Part shown: in pieces, positions 58,576-64,000 of the stretch | Layout: each line of letters opens with the position of its first letter | Position numbering within the stretch: the first letter of the stretch is position 1 | Source: Clostridiaceae bacterium | GTDB lineage: Bacteria; Bacillota; Clostridia; Clostridiales; Clostridiaceae | Assembly (NCBI GenBank): GCA_014380625.1 | Contig: JACMJL010000185.1 | Coordinates: forward strand, 1,896 to 65,895 | DNA length: 64,000 bases | Reading direction: 5' to 3' | Program-made: the position numbers and the translations under genes | Notes under the pieces: model-generated | Seen by the model: only the letters and a program-made list of their open reading frames with translations | Told to the model about the DNA's origin: nothing | Databases searched by the model: none

Positions 58576-59990
58576 TAACCTTCACCCACCACTTCATCAT
58601 AGATTTTCCTATAGCTATTTATAAAGTTATCGATTGTATATAATTTTGATACTCTATTATAGGCACTTTTGCCCATGTCTTCTCTTAATTTTTTATCTTG
58701 GCTGAGCCGAATTATAGCTGCACCAAATGCCTCATAGTCCATTACAGGTACAACAATTCCTGCATCACCGAAATCATCATCTGCTCCATACATCAGTTCT
58801 CTGCAACTACCTACATCAGTTAAAATATGAGGTTTTTTTGTGGCCATGCCCTCCAATACTGCCAAAGGTTGTCCTTCGCTAATACTACCTAGAACTAAAA
58901 CATCCATTTTACCTATATAGTCTCTCACATTTACTTGGCCAGTAAATATTACATTTTTAAGGCCTAAGGATTTAGTAAAAGACTTGCATTCTTCTGTATA
59001 AATTAAGTCTTCATCCACAGGTCCCATAATAAACAACTGTATGTTTTTTATTTTTTCAGAAGCAATTTCAAAGCCTTGAATTATTGTCTTAATATCCTTT
59101 ATAGGTACTACCCTTAAAATTGCACCAATATTAATGATGTTCTCATCTTCCTTAATCACATTAATATCAATATAATCCCTACAATTAATACCATTGGGTA
59201 CTACTGAGATTTTATCTTCTGCACACCCTATCTCTATTTGAACCTTCTTATTACGATCAAATAGTGTAATAACTGAATCTGAAAAGGAATAAGCACACCT
59301 GGATAAATTGTAAAAGTATTTTATCCAGATATCTTTAAAGTGCCCTTTAACCCAATCAGCTTTAATTAACTCTTCTTCCCTCTCTCTGGTATAAATTCCA
59401 TGTTCAGTGAGTACTAATGGTGCACCATATTTATATTTTCCAAAGGCCGCCATTACCCCTGCATATCCCGTAGATACACTATGATATAGATCAGCTTTTG
59501 GTATGCCCTTTTTTATCACCTCAAATAATGCTAAAACCATAGATCTTATGGTCCAAAAAAAATCATTAAAAACTACATAGGGAAAATATTCTTCACATAC
59601 TTCACGTATTATATCAAAAAAATCTTTACTCATTAATAATTCAGAAACAGTAGTATCTCTGTTCTCATCAATAAACCTAAATAAATCCTGCCAGTCAAAA
59701 TATTCTCCTGTTATCAATCCTTTAATTGCGGCTTTTTCAGAAGGTTTTAAGGTATACCTCTTTCTAGGCTCTCCAGTTTCATTAAGGTAGGAATCCAGAA
59801 AAACTTCTTGAATATCTATAATATTATCAGGAAACTTGTATTTAAACTTCCCTTTTGATTCCTCATGTGCGCCTATAGAGTATATAATAAACTCATGTTC
59901 AGGCATTAATCTTATGAGTGTCTGTATCCAGCTTGATACTCCTCCGGTTATATATGGATAGCTGCCTTCTGCTACAATACATATCTTCAT
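58575..59990 (-). CDS. pelF: GT4 glycosyltransferase PelF
   Basis: 471 aa. MKICIVAEGSYPYITGGVSSW (DUF3492-type N-terminus) and a GT4 C-terminus (..SISEGQPLAVLEGMA). Confidence 0.85.
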   Translation of the reverse strand: MKICIVAEGSYPYITGGVSSWIQTLIRLMPEHEFIIYSIGAHEESKGKFKYKFPDNIIDIQEVFLDSYLNETGEPRKRYTLKPSEKAAIKGLITGEYFDWQDLFRFIDENRDTTVSELLMSKDFFDIIREVCEEYFPYVVFNDFFWTIRSMVLALFEVIKKGIPKADLYHSVSTGYAGVMAAFGKYKYGAPLVLTEHGIYTREREEELIKADWVKGHFKDIWIKYFYNLSRCAYSFSDSVITLFDRNKKVQIEIGCAEDKISVVPNGINCRDYIDINVIKEDENIINIGAILRVVPIKDIKTIIQGFEIASEKIKNIQLFIMGPVDEDLIYTEECKSFTKSLGLKNVIFTGQVNVRDYIGKMDVLVLGSISEGQPLAVLEGMATKKPHILTDVGSCRELMYGADDDFGDAGIVVPVMDYEAFGAAIIRLSQDKKLREDMGKSAYNRVSKLYTIDNFINSYRKIYDEVVGEG

Positions 59991-61816
59991 TTCGCACCTT
60001 CCGTTTCTATATTAAATTCAGAATCAATGGCCTTAATTAAATACGCATTATCATCGATTTTTGTAAAAGAACAACCCGTACATTTACTAATTTTTTTGTC
60101 AGTCCTTAAAATAAAATACATTTGATCTCTAAAGTTTTTAGAATATCCTTTAATGTTTTTCTCACTATATTTAAATTCAGTTTCAGTATCTAGATATCTA
60201 CTTAACTCAACTCCGCCCTTTGAAATAGTCATACTTCTTAGCCAATTAAAGTTATTGTGTATATCTTTCATCATTCCATTATAGTCCCTATACATATCTT
60301 CCCAACTGATTCCCAAACTCCTACTTGAATCTAATATATCATCCGGATGGAGGAAATGTGAAAAGGTTCCATATGCTGTTATTCCATTATATATTGACCA
60401 TTTTTTTTCTGAAGTGTACTTATATCCAGAAGATATACGAGGTAACTGTAAAAACCCATCATCACTTTTTTCAAATTCTTGTACATATTCATCTCCACTT
60501 AAGCCTCCCTGAAAGACAGAGGAAATTATCTTTAAGTCCGGCATAGAATTATGAAGTGCTTCTATACCTTCATCACTGATAACATTGGAGGGAGGTACAT
60601 AACTTGTTATATTATAATTAGGAAAAACAGTATGAAAATAATTGTTTACTTCTTTTAAAGACGCCTCCATATTATTAATATTAGGCCAGCTATTATATCC
60701 TAAGTCCACTTTCATAAATCCTTTGAAAACGAGAGATTGATGATTATAACCGTGTATCCCTATTTCCCCACCACTTTTAATTATTTCGTGACCAACTCTC
60801 AATAGCGTATTCCTGGTTTCTTGATCTCTTACTATATCAAAATTTGGAGAAACCCTGTTGTTATAAACTTCAATATAGAAGGTTGAATATTTTGTATCAT
60901 ACTGTTTTGAGCTTTTAAGCATGTCCGGCCACCATATATCAGAAAAAAAACTAGATGCATCCTTGCCATAATCCTTAAAAATACGCTCATTATAACCTAT
61001 TGGAATAGGTGCAGGAAAGTCATCAATAAAACTTAGTTTCATATTCATTACAGGGTAGATAAATCCAGTTTCAATCTGACCTAAAATACCAGCAAAAAGT
61101 CCTCTATTCTCCTTTTCCACAAAAAATTGCCCGTTGGAAAATATAACCTTACCTGTCCCAATTTTCTTTTCCCAAATGAGGGGTCTATTGTCACTTGAAA
61201 CACTGTATACCTTACAATCATTATCAAGCTGTACAGCTATAGAGGATATTACTGCAGTACTATCTTCTGCACCTTTCCCTTTTAAAAGGACATTAGTCAA
61301 CATTTTCATACCCTTAACTTCATCAATGGTGCCTCTTTCATAAATTCCAAGCTTTCTATATATACTAGAGAAGTTACCGCTTTGTATTGGCCTTTCTGCG
61401 ATAATTACACTACCACCCTTCTCTACATATTTAAAAAGATTATCAAAGTAATCAAAATTCTCAAAATTCTCAAAATCAAGTATTACGCAACTATAACCTT
61501 CAAAAGTAGCACTAGTATCTTTAACATCTTCATAGGTTACGTGCTTTTTCATTCCAGAAAATAGCTTTTCTAAATTTTCCTTAATCTTGATACTGGCTTC
61601 TTCTGAAGAATTAAAAACAAAAAGATACTTTTCATTTCCTTCATTTTTGATTGTATCAAATAGTTTTGAAGTTTTAACTGGAACATTTACATAATCTTTA
61701 TAAACATCCTTATTACCTACATTATTTAGAACAAAATTAGCTCTGATTACGAATAATAATGCAGATAATAATACTAATAAAACAATAAAACCACTGAAAA
61801 ATCTCTTATTAAGCAT
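59987..61816 (-). CDS. DUF2194-domain protein (PelA deacetylase-type component of Gram-positive pel loci)
   Basis: About 609 aa with a signal anchor. The ATG at 61816 shares one base with the pelE TAA (TAATG), after a GAGGGGGA RBS. Its position between pelE and pelF matches the Gram-positive pel order. Confidence 0.7.
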   Translation of the reverse strand: MLNKRFFSGFIVLLVLLSALLFVIRANFVLNNVGNKDVYKDYVNVPVKTSKLFDTIKNEGNEKYLFVFNSSEEASIKIKENLEKLFSGMKKHVTYEDVKDTSATFEGYSCVILDFENFENFDYFDNLFKYVEKGGSVIIAERPIQSGNFSSIYRKLGIYERGTIDEVKGMKMLTNVLLKGKGAEDSTAVISSIAVQLDNDCKVYSVSSDNRPLIWEKKIGTGKVIFSNGQFFVEKENRGLFAGILGQIETGFIYPVMNMKLSFIDDFPAPIPIGYNERIFKDYGKDASSFFSDIWWPDMLKSSKQYDTKYSTFYIEVYNNRVSPNFDIVRDQETRNTLLRVGHEIIKSGGEIGIHGYNHQSLVFKGFMKVDLGYNSWPNINNMEASLKEVNNYFHTVFPNYNITSYVPPSNVISDEGIEALHNSMPDLKIISSVFQGGLSGDEYVQEFEKSDDGFLQLPRISSGYKYTSEKKWSIYNGITAYGTFSHFLHPDDILDSSRSLGISWEDMYRDYNGMMKDIHNNFNWLRSMTISKGGVELSRYLDTETEFKYSEKNIKGYSKNFRDQMYFILRTDKKISKCTGCSFTKIDDNAYLIKAIDSEFNIETEGAK

Positions 61817-62706
61817 TATTCTTCCCCCTCTAACCAAAACCTAAGTATTTTTATTCCGTTACTACTAAGCTTAACCTGAGAACTTCTAAGTTTTAACATA
61901 ATTCTATTAAACTGATTAACATTTTTATTTATATACCCTATTTGAAGCAACAATAGATATGGAGTTTCACTGTTTATAAATATCTCCATATAATTTTCAC
62001 AATATGAAATCGCCTCATTAAACTTTCTTAGTGTAATATCACATTTTATAATCTCTTCAAAATAAAATTCGTTAGTCTTGTCCATACTTAGGATTCTAAT
62101 TAAAATCTCTCTATATTTATACTGATTCTTTATATAGGCTTTTTTATCTAAAAGGCCACTTTCATTATACTTTTTTAATATTCCTACATAAGTTGTGAGA
62201 ACTTCCATATTAGAGTCATCCTGTTGATATTTCACCTCAAACTCTTGGAGTGCCATTGTAAGCTTTCTTTTTACTTCTGTAACTGCCGTGGCTGCATAAT
62301 GAGAGGTTTCTGTATCCTTATCTTTAAGTGCCTTTTTTAAGAAACCCAAATATTGATATGAATCGCCTTTTATAGCATTAATTATTAGTCTTCTCTTAAC
62401 ACTTTCATCATTTAATACAAGGGCTTCTTCAATAGGAATAATATCCATCGCATTTTTCAGGTCTCCACTTCTACGAATCAAACTTTCTTGTTTAAAATCA
62501 TTGTCAAACCAAAGTTTAAAATGCTTATTATCAAATTCTACTATATACTTTTCACATACTACCATTACAATATAAAAAATCACTCCACAAAAGGGGAGGA
62601 AAATCATTATTAAAAAGCCAATGATTGCATCTTTCTTTCGAACTTTTTTTTCATATAAATATATTACTATGCTTATAATGAAATTCACCAAATAAAACTT
62701 ATACAT
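61816..62706 (-). CDS. pelE: PelE-like protein (2 TM + TPR-like helical domain)
   Basis: 296 aa with two N-terminal TM helices, then a helical-repeat region. 8-nt overlap with the pelD-like gene. The assignment rests mainly on position and architecture. Confidence 0.6.
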   Translation of the reverse strand: MYKFYLVNFIISIVIYLYEKKVRKKDAIIGFLIMIFLPFCGVIFYIVMVVCEKYIVEFDNKHFKLWFDNDFKQESLIRRSGDLKNAMDIIPIEEALVLNDESVKRRLIINAIKGDSYQYLGFLKKALKDKDTETSHYAATAVTEVKRKLTMALQEFEVKYQQDDSNMEVLTTYVGILKKYNESGLLDKKAYIKNQYKYREILIRILSMDKTNEFYFEEIIKCDITLRKFNEAISYCENYMEIFINSETPYLLLLQIGYINKNVNQFNRIMLKLRSSQVKLSSNGIKILRFWLEGEE

Positions 62707-63958
62707 ATAAAACTTCCTCTATTATCTGACTGAATTCCACGCCTTGATCTTTCAATCTATTTGATACTATTAAAGCATCTGAATTTGATGCATTTGATAA
62801 AATCAAATAAATATTATCATCAGTCCATATACCTGCAAAATCAGCTTCTCTAATACATCTCATTACTACTTCCGATAATGATTTATAATCTCTATTTGAA
62901 TTTTCTATTTTAAGCATAGCGAATTCGGATTTACTTTCCTTCATAGACTTTGTTTTTATGCTAAGGATATTTTCAAAAAACTCCTTCTTTAAAAATATAG
63001 TATCCTGCACATATCTTTCATCATTTATTGCACTCTCATATAAATAAGCGTTTAATACAGCTGTGTTTATAAGTCTAGAAACAACAACAAACAGGTTTTG
63101 AAAATATAAAGTAAGTCTATCAAACTCAACACCATGTAACATAATTAGCGCAATTGTTTTCTTGTTGGTATCAACTATTGGTGCTATCAGCATAGGTAAT
63201 TCTGGATTTAATTTTTTATTTATAAAAATATTACCTTGAAGAAGCTGTTCTTTTGCTTCCATAAAGTAATCAAGCTCAATAGTTTTTTTAGCAATTAGGC
63301 TTTCTTTATTGGATTTTACTATTAACCTCAAAAACTTAGCACTTTTGTCAATAGAATAAATTGATATTTCATCTGTGTTTAAAATTCTTTCTAGTACATC
63401 AATTGCCCCTTTGTATATAAATTGTGGCTCTAAGCTATCAAGTTCTTTAATTATTCCGTAAATCTTTCCAAAACTGTCCTCTGAATTTACAACTTGGTTC
63501 TCTAATAAGGATTTTGAGATATAGGTCTCATTATATACTTCCTGTAAAAAATTATATTTTTCTTCTATTGCTGAAATAAAAACCTTATTAGAATCTCCTT
63601 GCCTTGAATATTTATCTATCATATAGCCAACGATTAATCCTACAAGTAAATAGATACTAATTTTAAGTACAAAGCTTGTATCTAACATCATTGAAAATGA
63701 ATCCATACCCGTTGAAAAACTTTCATAGGTAAAAAGACAAACGGAAAGTATTACCGCTATAATAGATTGATTAGTTCCATAAACTAATCCCATAATTACA
63801 ATATATACAAGCTTTAAATCAACTGTATTTAATGAAAAATCCATTTTAAAAAGTTTAGTTAAAGAAAATATCACTAAAAATAATATTACATTTTCAATGT
63901 ACGGAAGAACCTTCTTAAGATGCTTCCAATCCTTTTTACTATCTTTCTTTTTAATCAT
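62699..63958 (-). CDS. pelD: PelD-like c-di-GMP receptor (4 TM + GAF + degenerate GGDEF)
   Basis: At least 419 aa. N-terminal TM bundle and a GAF-like middle. The C-terminus carries RxxD (READ, residues 370-373), followed 5 residues later by TDDNI where GG[DE]EF would be. The reading frame stays open from 63959 to the window end, so the 5' end is unresolved. Confidence 0.7.
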   Translation of the reverse strand: MIKKKDSKKDWKHLKKVLPYIENVILFLVIFSLTKLFKMDFSLNTVDLKLVYIVIMGLVYGTNQSIIAVILSVCLFTYESFSTGMDSFSMMLDTSFVLKISIYLLVGLIVGYMIDKYSRQGDSNKVFISAIEEKYNFLQEVYNETYISKSLLENQVVNSEDSFGKIYGIIKELDSLEPQFIYKGAIDVLERILNTDEISIYSIDKSAKFLRLIVKSNKESLIAKKTIELDYFMEAKEQLLQGNIFINKKLNPELPMLIAPIVDTNKKTIALIMLHGVEFDRLTLYFQNLFVVVSRLINTAVLNAYLYESAINDERYVQDTIFLKKEFFENILSIKTKSMKESKSEFAMLKIENSNRDYKSLSEVVMRCIREADFAGIWTDDNIYLILSNASNSDALIVSNRLKDQGVEFSQIIEEVLYV

Positions 63959-64000
63959 GATTTCCTGATTCTCATAGTTATCTTTATACCACTTAAAGGT

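Overview
A 64 kb stretch of a low-GC, Clostridium-like Firmicute chromosome (taxon inferred from gene content and AT-rich codon usage). It is densely coding, with about 55 protein genes, mostly on the minus strand.

Gene content from left to right:
- A GH52 fragment and a GH94 cellobiose phosphorylase.
- A four-gene MacB/FtsX-type ABC system with two ATPases.
- The housekeeping block dnaX-ybaB-recR and thyA-folA.
- An OmpR-type two-component system next to a decayed vanZ.
- A methyl-accepting chemotaxis gene broken at an A9 tract.
- A co-transcribed tRNA-Ser(GGA) and long-form SRP RNA.
- An aldo/keto reductase and an HD-GYP phosphodiesterase.
- An orphan YesN-type regulator with a solute-binding protein and a secreted GH5.
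- ldh, a heterodimeric ABC exporter and a cyclophilin.
- A xylose locus: xylFGH plus a sensor operon of PBP, LytS-type kinase, YesN and a XylF paralogue.
- dapA behind a lysine riboswitch, then birA and an amino-acid ABC importer.
- An orphan ZnuA-like protein and a pdaA-like deacetylase.

The right-hand 14 kb is the most interesting part. It holds a Gram-positive pel-type exopolysaccharide operon (pelD-pelE-DUF2194-pelF-pelG). That operon continues, without any break, into a CotH kinase, a VTC polyphosphate-polymerase-like protein, a DUF4956 membrane protein and a membrane-anchored glycoside-hydrolase-like protein. A secreted paralogue of that hydrolase lies convergent to the operon, behind a class I c-di-GMP riboswitch.

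No CRISPR array, transposase, integrase or prophage genes were seen. All homology statements come from my own recognition of motifs, not from database searches.
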